A DNA stretch of 64,000 nt from Acidobacteriota bacterium (GTDB lineage Bacteria > Actinomycetota > Acidimicrobiia > Spongiisociales > ZC4RG35). The notes under the pieces were generated by a model that had not been told where the DNA came from, ran no database searches, and saw only the letters and a program-made list of their open reading frames with translations. Location of the stretch: assembly GCA_004356805.1 (NCBI GenBank), contig SMXW01000045.1, positions 20,216-84,215 of the forward strand, in the 5' to 3' direction. A program made the translations under genes and the position numbers. Of this stretch, positions 29,846-37,824 are shown piece after piece; position 1 is the stretch's first letter; each line of letters starts with the position of its first letter.

Positions 29846-30590
29846 CCTTCTGGCTGCAACCTCCACCACACTCGGGGTGCCGGAGGACCTGGTGCGTCGT
29901 TCGGCCGAGGCTCGCGCCGCCGAGGCCGGCTCGAATGTCGATGAAATTCTGACCGCGTGGGGTGGAGGCGAGGCCATAGTCGTCACATCCTCTGCCGCAC
30001 CGGAACCACCTCCCTCTGTCGAAGTGAGCTCCGAGCCACCGGCTCAGCAAGAAGATGTCGCCCCTGACATCGTGATTGAGACTCCGCCGGCTCAAACCGC
30101 CCCCATGGCCACTGCTCCCCCAGGCACTTACCAGCCACCTGTCCTTGTTGGGGCGCCGGACAAACCTGGAATGATCATCCTCGGTGCGATCGGGCTGTTT
30201 CTGGTCGTCCTCATGATGGGGCTGATTGGCCCTTCGGTTGCCACAGACGAGCCTGGTTCCCGCACCAGCGAGATCCCGTACTCACAGACAGCAGTCAATG
30301 GTCAACGTGTCTATGCGTCTCTCGGATGTGCCGCCTGTCATACCCAGATGGTGCGCCCGGTCGTCGCGGATGTCGGGCTTGGGGCCGTGACCTTGAATGA
30401 CACCAATCAAGTGGTGGGAGATCGACGATTCGGGCCGGACCTCTCTGATGTGGGGACACGGATGACATCGAGTCAGTTGGAGGCGACGGTCACTGGGGAT
30501 ACCACGAAGCACCCGCCGCACAACCTGGCTCCAAAAGATATGACCGCCCTGGTTGCGTACCTTTTGGAATCAAGGAATTCGGAAGGATAG
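29838..30590 (+). CDS. CcoO-like monoheme cytochrome c with an N-terminal extension
   Basis: GCAACHTQMVRP, G.RRFGPDLSDVG, ALVAYL (CcoO signatures); one TM helix. Confidence 0.85.
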   Translation: MSDLLAATSTTLGVPEDLVRRSAEARAAEAGSNVDEILTAWGGGEAIVVTSSAAPEPPPSVEVSSEPPAQQEDVAPDIVIETPPAQTAPMATAPPGTYQPPVLVGAPDKPGMIILGAIGLFLVVLMMGLIGPSVATDEPGSRTSEIPYSQTAVNGQRVYASLGCAACHTQMVRPVVADVGLGAVTLNDTNQVVGDRRFGPDLSDVGTRMTSSQLEATVTGDTTKHPPHNLAPKDMTALVAYLLESRNSEG

Positions 30591-30592
30591 GG

Positions 30593-31621
30593 ATGAGCGA
30601 ATTCATCGCGACTGCCGCGGCCGCCCTGGGAATACCTGAGGATCTGGTGCAACGCTCAGCTGAGGCGAGGGCGGCCGAGACTGGAGGGTCGGTCGATGAT
30701 GTTCTGGCGGCGTGGGCCGGAGGGGGCGTGGTGGCGGCAACAACGCCCGCATCCGAACCGGCGGAAGTGACCGTTCCCGAAGAAGAGGATTCCCAGCCGG
30801 AGCCGGTTGCAGCGGCCCCGGCTGCTGTCGTGGTCGAGACTCCGACTGCGATGCCTCAGCCCACAACGAGAGCCCCGGTGCCCACCGAAGTGACACCGGG
30901 TGAGGCAGCGCACCTCCCGGAGGTGATAACCGTGCCAACCGCCGGCATCAGGGAGCAGACGAGCTTCGTCATTCCCAAGTGGCTGACGGCTGTGTTTCTC
31001 ATCGTCCCGCTGTTCGCCTTGTTTGCGCTCGGTGGTGCCTCCACCGGTGAGTGCGGCGAGGCGACCGAGTTGATGACGGACGTTGTGACCGGGAACATCG
31101 TCAATTGTGATGGGTCCGAATTCACCGGTCAGTCTGTCGGCGGGGGCGGAATCGACTACATCGCTCTGGGTGGGAGCATCTATGCGGGGGGCGCAGTAAC
31201 GGGTGTCAATTGCGCCGGGTGCCATGGGGTCAACGGTCAGGGGTCAGCCACCTTCCCGGCACTAAGCGGAGCGCTCACCACATTTGGGGCCTGCGTCGAC
31301 CACATCGTGTGGGTGGGACTTGGGTCCTCGGGATTCCAGTCAGCAGGGGAGAGCAGCTACGGCGACACCTCAAAGCCGATCGCCGGCGGTATGCCCTCAT
31401 TCAGCAGCAATCTGACCGAGGAACAGATCACGGCGGTTTCCGCTTTCGAGCGTGTCCGATTTGGCGGTGGCGACCCGGACGAGGTTCTGATCGACTGCGG
31501 TCTCGCCGAGTCCCCGGACGACGGGGAACAGGGCACGGGAGACGGTGGAGATGACTCCACGGAGAGTGACTCCACGGAGAGTGACGAAGAGACCGAGGCC
31601 TCGGTCCGTCACCTCGGCTAA
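30593..31621 (+). CDS. Membrane-anchored monoheme cytochrome c with the same N-terminal extension
   Basis: CAGCHG..GQG, GGMPSF axial Met; one TM helix; acidic tail. Confidence 0.85.
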   Translation: MSEFIATAAAALGIPEDLVQRSAEARAAETGGSVDDVLAAWAGGGVVAATTPASEPAEVTVPEEEDSQPEPVAAAPAAVVVETPTAMPQPTTRAPVPTEVTPGEAAHLPEVITVPTAGIREQTSFVIPKWLTAVFLIVPLFALFALGGASTGECGEATELMTDVVTGNIVNCDGSEFTGQSVGGGGIDYIALGGSIYAGGAVTGVNCAGCHGVNGQGSATFPALSGALTTFGACVDHIVWVGLGSSGFQSAGESSYGDTSKPIAGGMPSFSSNLTEEQITAVSAFERVRFGGGDPDEVLIDCGLAESPDDGEQGTGDGGDDSTESDSTESDEETEASVRHLG

Positions 31622-31878
31622 CCCCACTCCAAACCCAGGAACGCCTTCTCGAGCGCCTTGCGATCCCCGATGACCCCCTCGGCAAGCACCTCGTCACCAG
31701 GACCCAGAACCACGGGAATTCTCACTCCATAGAGAGACAGGAGGGTGTCATCACCGTCGACATCGATCTCCTCGATGACTACGCCCACCTTCATCGCCGC
31801 CCACTCGACCAGCGGTCGGGCGTCATTGCACAAGTGACATCCGGGACGGGTGAGGAACCGAATGGAAAAATTACTCAA
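31618..31878 (-). CDS. Glutaredoxin-like protein (DUF836-like)
   Basis: TRPGCHLC, IDVD, YG.RIPV. Confidence 0.85.
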   Translation of the reverse strand: MSNFSIRFLTRPGCHLCNDARPLVEWAAMKVGVVIEEIDVDGDDTLLSLYGVRIPVVLGPGDEVLAEGVIGDRKALEKAFLGLEWG

Positions 31879-32107
31879 GAAATCACTCTTCGTGGTCGAT
31901 AGCGCGGTGCATGCAGGAAGGAGGGGACTCCGTTTCCCTCATACCTAGGGCACGTTCGTCCGAGGTGTGAACGGATAGCCTCCCAGCCCGCCCCACGGTG
32001 ACGGAACCCTTCTTCATGTAGTCGGGGCCCCTGTTTACGGGGGCCTCGACAAGTTTGAAGCCCCTGAGCCACGGGTTCGCCCGATGCCGGCATACGATCC
32101 GCGGCGC

Positions 32108-32206
32108 GTGAGACCGGCCACCGCGATCATCATCTTGATTCTTCTCGTTCTCATCGCAGTGGCAGGACTCATTCAGCTTTGGGTGCTCTTCTCCCCGCCA
32201 GGGTGA
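32108..32206 (+). CDS. Putative 32-aa single-TM small protein (not in the ORF track)
   Basis: GTG-started MRPATAIIILILLVLIAVAGLIQLWVLFSPPG; TACGAT 9 nt upstream; overlaps the 3' end of the convergent gene. Confidence 0.4.
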   Translation: MRPATAIIILILLVLIAVAGLIQLWVLFSPPG

Positions 32207-32993
32207 CTGACATGCCTTCGGCAAGGTTGAGGGCCTCGACCGCACGACCACCCCGAACGGCCAACGCGACCAAACCCGAGGAGTCGACGTGGAGCATTGG
32301 CTCACCGTCCTCAACATCGGAGTAGGACGTAACCCATTTGACCGAGTGCAGGGTTGACCCGATTTTCACGGTGACGGCTTCACCCGGGCTGATCCCGACA
32401 GCATCGAGGTCTTCGGGAGAAACATTCGTCTGCACGTTGCCATAACCGTCGATCCACCAAGCTTCTCCGGCGACTGTCGAATTGACGATTTCTGTGAGAG
32501 GAAGGAGCATCGGCGTGATCTCATCGCCGGCCAACGTGGGTCCAAGATCCTCGAGGGCGGCGTTTCCTGAAGCCAGAAGTGCCGCAGCCGGTGCAAACAC
32601 ATCTCTCCCGTGGAATGTCTCTCCGGGTGAGGGGATCATCGCCTCTGGGCTCTCAATCGAAACGATCTGAGAGGCGCCCCCGACCATGGCAACACCCGGC
32701 GAGAGAAGTCCGTTGTCGGGGCCCACGAAGAAGCCCCAGGGTGTTTTGGCCGCGATCGCCCTGCGATCGGAGCCGACACCGGGATCGACCACAGCTAGAC
32801 ATACCCCCTCCGGCAGATATTGAATGGCTCGGGTCAGAGAAAGCGCACCAGCTCTTACGTTTCCTCTGGGGATCTCGTGTGCGATATCGATGACCGATGA
32901 CTCCGGGGCAAGCTTTGCCAGCACACCGTGAACCACTCCCACGAACTCGTCGTGATAGCCAAAGTCGGAGAGAAAACTGATCGGAAGGGACAT
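32169..32993 (-). CDS. SAM hydroxide adenosyltransferase / chlorinase-fluorinase family (DUF62)
   Basis: FLSDFG, VVDPGVG, GPDNG, TFHGRDVFAP, DGYGN. Confidence 0.92.
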   Translation of the reverse strand: MSLPISFLSDFGYHDEFVGVVHGVLAKLAPESSVIDIAHEIPRGNVRAGALSLTRAIQYLPEGVCLAVVDPGVGSDRRAIAAKTPWGFFVGPDNGLLSPGVAMVGGASQIVSIESPEAMIPSPGETFHGRDVFAPAAALLASGNAALEDLGPTLAGDEITPMLLPLTEIVNSTVAGEAWWIDGYGNVQTNVSPEDLDAVGISPGEAVTVKIGSTLHSVKWVTSYSDVEDGEPMLHVDSSGLVALAVRGGRAVEALNLAEGMSVTLAGRRAPKAE

Positions 32994-33220
32994 CGCTGGC
33001 GACGGTAGTGGCCTGTAGCACAAATGGTGTGAGTGTGTCTCCGAGACATCGACGTTCGATTCGCAAGGAGGCACAACCAAGCTGCATCCGCTCGTGCGGC
33101 AAGGCAGAGGACGCCGCAGGCGACGTCGAGGGCCGGAGAGACGCCGCAATCACTCGTAAGTGGGACCAAACCTGGTGTGTCGTGGAAATGACGTCCGCGT
33201 ACCGGCCCTATATTGCCGGA

Positions 33221-34102
33221 ATGACCGAATTCTCATATGACGACCTGGCCCAGGACGTCGCAACAAGCAACGTCTCGATGCTGATCGGAGGCCTGGACAC
33301 CGGCAAGACGACCCTCGCTCTCCAGGCCGTGCGTCTAGCGCTTGCTTCCGGGCGGACACCCGTCATCGTCGATGCCGACGTTGGGAACTCGACCATCGGT
33401 CCACCAGCGTGTGTAGGGATGAAAGTATTCAACTCGCTGGATGACCTCGAAAAACTCGACCAGCCCGACGGACTCCACTTCGTCGGCACCGTGACGCCGT
33501 CACGGTTGGTCCTCCAGCACGTCGTCGCCACGGCTGTGATGGTCGAAAGGGCAAAGCAGGTCGGAGATGTCGTGATCATCGATACGACGGCGGTGGCGTC
33601 AGGTGTGTCCGGTGAGACTCTCAAGTACCACAAGTCGGAGCTCTGTCGACCCGAAAAAATCATCGCCCTTCAGCATGGGGAGGAGATGGAGCCCGTTGTC
33701 GGCATGCTGCGACGGTTTCTCGGCATAGAAGTGATCACCGCACCTACCGACCCGGCTCTCCTTCCGATGACACCCGACGGACGAGCTCGCAAACGCGCGG
33801 ACGGCTTCGCGGCAGCACTCCAGCCGCCTCTGGACCGATGGAAAGTGCGCCCAACCGTTTTCGCTCCGACCGTCCCGGTCGGCCTCAATCTTGGGAGGCT
33901 CGAGGGTGTCCTCGTGGGTGTCCAGGGCTCGGGAGGCGGTTGTCTGGGGCTTGGTGTCCTGGACCATGACGACGGCATACTGCGGGTGATGACCAATGTC
34001 GGTGAAGGCATGACCGGGCTCCGGCTCGGTTCTATGCGCCTCGACACCAGCACATACGCATCGACGATGGTCAGCCTTCGCGAGGTCATGTTCGGCGTGT
34101 AG
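33221..34102 (+). CDS. Clp1/Grc3-like polynucleotide 5'-hydroxyl kinase
   Basis: IGGLDTGKTT P-loop, DADVGNSTIGPP, IIDTT, R..KR lid; start 6 nt after TATATT. Confidence 0.8.
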   Translation: MTEFSYDDLAQDVATSNVSMLIGGLDTGKTTLALQAVRLALASGRTPVIVDADVGNSTIGPPACVGMKVFNSLDDLEKLDQPDGLHFVGTVTPSRLVLQHVVATAVMVERAKQVGDVVIIDTTAVASGVSGETLKYHKSELCRPEKIIALQHGEEMEPVVGMLRRFLGIEVITAPTDPALLPMTPDGRARKRADGFAAALQPPLDRWKVRPTVFAPTVPVGLNLGRLEGVLVGVQGSGGGCLGLGVLDHDDGILRVMTNVGEGMTGLRLGSMRLDTSTYASTMVSLREVMFGV

Positions 34103-34238
34103 CGTCCCCCCAGTCCGCTCCCTTTTCCCTTTCCGCCCTGGACGGTTGGCGTTGCTGAGGTTGTGCTTGGTCGAGCTGCCACCACGGATTGGTTCGCCCG
34201 AAGGTCTTCATCGCTCATAGCCCCAACTCGGGGGCGAT

Positions 34239-34670
34239 TCAAACGACCATCGACCCCAGCGCAACGATCCACAGAAGGCTCTCGAGTGCCAACGCTCGCG
34301 TGAATGGCTTGACGCCGGCAGCCGCCCGGGGTGCATCACCGGTCTCGATCCCCCCTTTGATCTCATTCCAGGCCGGACGGGCCACAAGAGCTCCGATGAT
34401 GAGTATCCCAATCGCAGCGGCAAGTCCGAAATAGATCCACACGGAGGTTTCAGCAAACCCAGTCGTCAGCGCGATCAGACCGATACCGCTGAGCACGGTG
34501 CCCGAACCCGACAGGATTCCAAGCCGTTCAGCCCGATGCATCCGTCGGATCAAGCCTTCACCATCAGTCATCACGTGAACAGATTGTCTGACATCCCGAG
34601 GAATGAGGAGCTTATGACCAAACCAGGCGGCCGCGAACAGGATGTGAATGACCTTGGTGGCGACCAGCAT
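34239..34670 (-). CDS. 4-TM membrane protein (DUF2269/CopD-like)
   Basis: KVIHIL.AA.WFG N-terminal His helix and hydrophobic pattern. Confidence 0.65.
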   Translation of the reverse strand: MLVATKVIHILFAAAWFGHKLLIPRDVRQSVHVMTDGEGLIRRMHRAERLGILSGSGTVLSGIGLIALTTGFAETSVWIYFGLAAAIGILIIGALVARPAWNEIKGGIETGDAPRAAAGVKPFTRALALESLLWIVALGSMVV

Positions 34671-34936
34671 CCAGCCAACGCTACCGCGTGGCAGGAACCG
34701 GTCCCGGGTCGTCGCCTGCTTCGACCCGTCTTGATCTTGTGACAGGAGCGAGGAGGCTTGCCGGTCCGGTTACTCCAACCCGGTTCCGATTGACACGATA
34801 TCGATGGCATCGAGGTCCGACGATGCTGAACAACATCGGTTTCTGGCCATTACCGGAGCATGCGTCTATTGAGCTGTCGTGTTGCGTAGCCGTGATTAGA
34901 CCCCTGTCAATGAATGGTGAGACCCAGCTCCAAACT

Positions 34937-34964
34937 TCAAGGAAAAAGCGCATCTCGCCGATAA
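34937..34964 (+). promoter_or_regulatory. Sigma28/WhiG-type promoter
   Basis: TCAA-N16-GCCGATAA ending 7 nt before the ATG at 34972. Confidence 0.6.
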
Positions 34965-34971
34965 CCCCTCC

Positions 34972-35631
34972 ATGCTGGGGAAACGAAAATGGCTACCGAT
35001 TGTTCTGCTTGCCTCATTGGCAACAGTCAGTCTCGGTCTGTCGGCCGTCGCCGATTCGGCGTCTGAGGCCGGCTTTCTCGCGAAGATCAACGCCTCCCGC
35101 GCCGCCAATGGTCTCGCCGCGCTGAGTGTCGACGGTGGTCTGCGTAATCACGCTCGTAATCACACCCAGGACATGATCGACGCCGACGAGATCTACCACT
35201 CGTCCAGCGATGAGCTGAAGGCGGCGGCAGGCAGTGGCTGGTCGAAGCTCGGGGAGAATGTCGGGCGGGGGGGAACGGTGGATTCGCTTCACAAAGCATT
35301 CATGGACTCGGCCGGACACAAGGCCAACATCCTCGGTGACTACAACTACGCGGGGATCGGCACGGCGAGCAGCGATGGCGTTCTCTATGTGACAGTCGTA
35401 TTCATGAAGAAGGGCGGCGGGTCGACAACCACCACCACAGCACCGGCCGCGACCACCACGACCAAGGCGGAGTCGACCAACACCACAAAGCCCAAGACCA
35501 CCACCACCACCACCACCACGATTCCGCCGACCACTACCACGACAACACTGATAGTGGGTCCCGACAAGCCGGTGACTCCCGGGGAGTCCTGCCTGGTCGC
35601 AACGCGCTTCTGGTGGATGTGTCACGACTGA
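34972..35631 (+). CDS. Secreted CAP (SCP) domain protein with a Thr-rich linker
   Basis: Signal peptide, IN..R..GL, GENVG, MDSAGHKANIL, GIG. Confidence 0.88.
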   Translation: MLGKRKWLPIVLLASLATVSLGLSAVADSASEAGFLAKINASRAANGLAALSVDGGLRNHARNHTQDMIDADEIYHSSSDELKAAAGSGWSKLGENVGRGGTVDSLHKAFMDSAGHKANILGDYNYAGIGTASSDGVLYVTVVFMKKGGGSTTTTTAPAATTTTKAESTNTTKPKTTTTTTTTIPPTTTTTTLIVGPDKPVTPGESCLVATRFWWMCHD

Positions 35632-35858
35632 GTACCTGAGGCGGGCCTGTCCTCAGACGGCAAAACGCCCCAGTGACCTTCCGGAGCATCCTCCGCACTT
35701 CCCCGAACGGACGCTTCTCCCGATTGCCTCTAGGGCGTTCGCAGGACCAAATCTACGACAAACCGGAACTCGGTTCAATGACCTCGAATGTGATCTAACA
35801 CAGCGCCAAGCAACGTAGCCAAACGCCGTTGGTTGATATTGTGGAGCGCAAACCCTAG

Positions 35859-35913
35859 TTACCAACAGGATTCGGGGTTATCAACAGGCCTTGTCCACAG
35901 GGGTGTGTTCACA
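35859..35913 (+). promoter_or_regulatory. Cluster of co-oriented DnaA-box-like 9-mers
   Basis: TTACCAACA 35859, TTATCAACA 35878, TTGTCCACA 35891 (exact actinobacterial box), GTGTTCACA 35905. Confidence 0.5.
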
Positions 35914-35918
35914 AGTTT

Positions 35919-36338
35919 CTAACCCGAATTTTCGCGATTAGGGAAGCCTGCCCTGATCATCGCTCGAAAGGCCACCTCCACCATCTCGTAGACCTCTCCC
36001 AGCACGAGATCGAGTTCTTCGAGCGTCACCTGACCGGAGGCGAGCCGGCCACGCACGACAACGGCACCCTCCTTGTCGACGGCAAAGAACGCTCGCCATG
36101 ACCTCGCGTTCCGGACCAGCGCCTGACGATGAACATCAGCGGGGGCGAGCGGTGCCGGCATGATGTAAGCCTCGAACTGAAGGCTGCGGTCGCCAACATC
36201 AAACCAAACCGTCGTGGCGTCGCGCACTTCTTGCCTCATCCGAACAGCCCACCTGCCCTCCACGTCTTCGGCGTACTCGACGTGGGACTCGGAGTCTTCG
36301 AGCCAGAGTTGTATGCGACGTTCGAGGATGCGCCTCAA
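35919..36338 (-). CDS. YbjN-like (type III chaperone fold) protein
   Basis: Size and pattern (GDRSL.FEAYIMPAP, L.RN, ELD.VLG); coupled to the upstream gene. Confidence 0.6.
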   Translation of the reverse strand: MRRILERRIQLWLEDSESHVEYAEDVEGRWAVRMRQEVRDATTVWFDVGDRSLQFEAYIMPAPLAPADVHRQALVRNARSWRAFFAVDKEGAVVVRGRLASGQVTLEELDLVLGEVYEMVEVAFRAMIRAGFPNRENSG

Positions 36339-37282
36339 ACGAACTCCAACTCCAACCGGGACTCGGTCGACCCCACGACCTCTCCTCCCCCGACCACATC
36401 GGGGCGACCGACCTTCTCGAGGTACATGGCTGCCGGTCTTGACAACTCATCCACCGCATCGAGAGCGGCGACTGCGGCCACCTCAGCAACGTCCATCAAC
36501 CCATCCCAGCTCTTGGCCGCTACTCCCAAGCGACTGCCGACAGAAACGCCGATGCAGCCTTGGGCACCTCCCTTGGCCACTGCGTTGATAGCCGTGGCGA
36601 TCAGGGAGTCACCTTCGCCATTGCTCGCGATGAGGGCCGGATAACGGTGCATCACGGCTCGAACCTCATCGAAAGCAGGTTCTGCTGCGAATCGTGCGAA
36701 TAGGAGTGACATGGCGCGGGCGGTCGTTCTCAGAACCGGAGCGCCACATCCATCGACCCCCAATGGTTCGACCGGGTGCTCTCCAAGCTCCGAGACAACC
36801 GCGACGATCCGCCTTTGCAGCGGGTGTTCAGGTGTGAGATAGGTGTCGGTGGGCCATCCCTGAGCGACGCAAGCACGGAGAAACCCTGCGTGCTTTCCCG
36901 AACAGTTGTGCCAGATCCTGCGAGGAGACCTCTCTCCGGTACGCACCCGATGGCGAGCAGCTTCACCCGATATTGGCCAATCTGGAGGTGTCCGCAGATC
37001 CCTAGCGCTGAGTCCGGCCCTGGCCAGCACCGAGTCGACAATCGCCACGTGAACAGGCAGGCCACGATGTGAGGCCGCCGCCATCGCGAGTTGGATGGGC
37101 TCTAGCCCGGCTCCTGACATCTGCGAGACATATGCCTGAAAGGGTTTGGCCGACGAACGTAGATAGAAGGGTCGATCGATGTCGCCGGACCAGGCGACCA
37201 GTGAGCCGTCCGGACGGGAAATGGCCACGACACCGTCGTGGGTTGTCTCGACAAGACCTGATCTGACCCGGGCGGCGAGCAA
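36335..37282 (-). CDS. L-asparaginase II family protein
   Basis: RSSAKPFQA, ASH.G, HNCSGKHAG, DGCGAP, AKGGA. Confidence 0.9.
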   Translation of the reverse strand: MLAARVRSGLVETTHDGVVAISRPDGSLVAWSGDIDRPFYLRSSAKPFQAYVSQMSGAGLEPIQLAMAAASHRGLPVHVAIVDSVLARAGLSARDLRTPPDWPISGEAARHRVRTGERSPRRIWHNCSGKHAGFLRACVAQGWPTDTYLTPEHPLQRRIVAVVSELGEHPVEPLGVDGCGAPVLRTTARAMSLLFARFAAEPAFDEVRAVMHRYPALIASNGEGDSLIATAINAVAKGGAQGCIGVSVGSRLGVAAKSWDGLMDVAEVAAVAALDAVDELSRPAAMYLEKVGRPDVVGGGEVVGSTESRLELEFV

Positions 37283-37284
37283 GG

Positions 37285-37815
37285 TCAGCCGGGGACCGTC
37301 GCCTCGCCCTGCTCGCTCCGGTAGCGGTCGACTATCTCATTCTGGAGGGTGTCGATCGCCGAGTGGAGTTGCTTACGCTGGTTGGACATCTCGGTCTCAA
37401 CCTCATGAAGCCGATCCAGGGCCTCCCTGATCTCGTCGTCAGACAAGTCCGGAAGTTGGGTGAGAACACCGTCGTCCATGATCTTGTCGATCAGTCGGCG
37501 CCCGGTCTTCGAGGGAATCGGCGGCATGATCTCGATGCGTTTCAGGTTGGGTTCCTCGCCGAAGACCATTCCACTGGCGAGGATCTCGGGCAATGCCTCG
37601 AGCAGGGTCCGCTCCTCTTCCCCGCCACGACGACGCAACTCGAAATTGAGAAGATCCATCCGCCCGTGGAGCAGACGGCGGTAGTACGAAATTTGAGACT
37701 CGACGTCCTCAGCGGTGTGGCGTCTTTGTCTCAGTTCCTTCAACTCGAGCCCGGACAGGTTGCCCGCGTACTCATCCTCGAGGACGATGTCGATGCGGCG
37801 ACGCTTGTCGTTCAC
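37285..37815 (-). CDS. rsiG: RsiG/AmfC-family c-di-GMP-binding anti-sigma factor
   Basis: Two E-x3-S-x2-R-x3-(H)-x3-D motifs (ESQISYYRRLLHGRMD, ETEMSNQRKQLHSAID) and E...RYR tail. Confidence 0.8.
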   Translation of the reverse strand: MNDKRRRIDIVLEDEYAGNLSGLELKELRQRRHTAEDVESQISYYRRLLHGRMDLLNFELRRRGGEEERTLLEALPEILASGMVFGEEPNLKRIEIMPPIPSKTGRRLIDKIMDDGVLTQLPDLSDDEIREALDRLHEVETEMSNQRKQLHSAIDTLQNEIVDRYRSEQGEATVPG

Positions 37816-37824
37816 GCCGCCAGG

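Noticed and set aside
31552..31585. 15-bp tandem repeat TGACTCCACGGAGAG x2
   Set aside because: Encodes DSTES-DSTES in an acidic tail; local coding duplication.
33100..33160. Glycine riboswitch (GGAGAGA, CGCCG elements)
   Set aside because: Lacks the GAAG and CTCAGG elements in the right order, and the neighbours are unrelated to glycine.
35425..35548. ACC-rich microsatellite-like tract
   Set aside because: Codes for the Thr-rich linker of the CAP protein.
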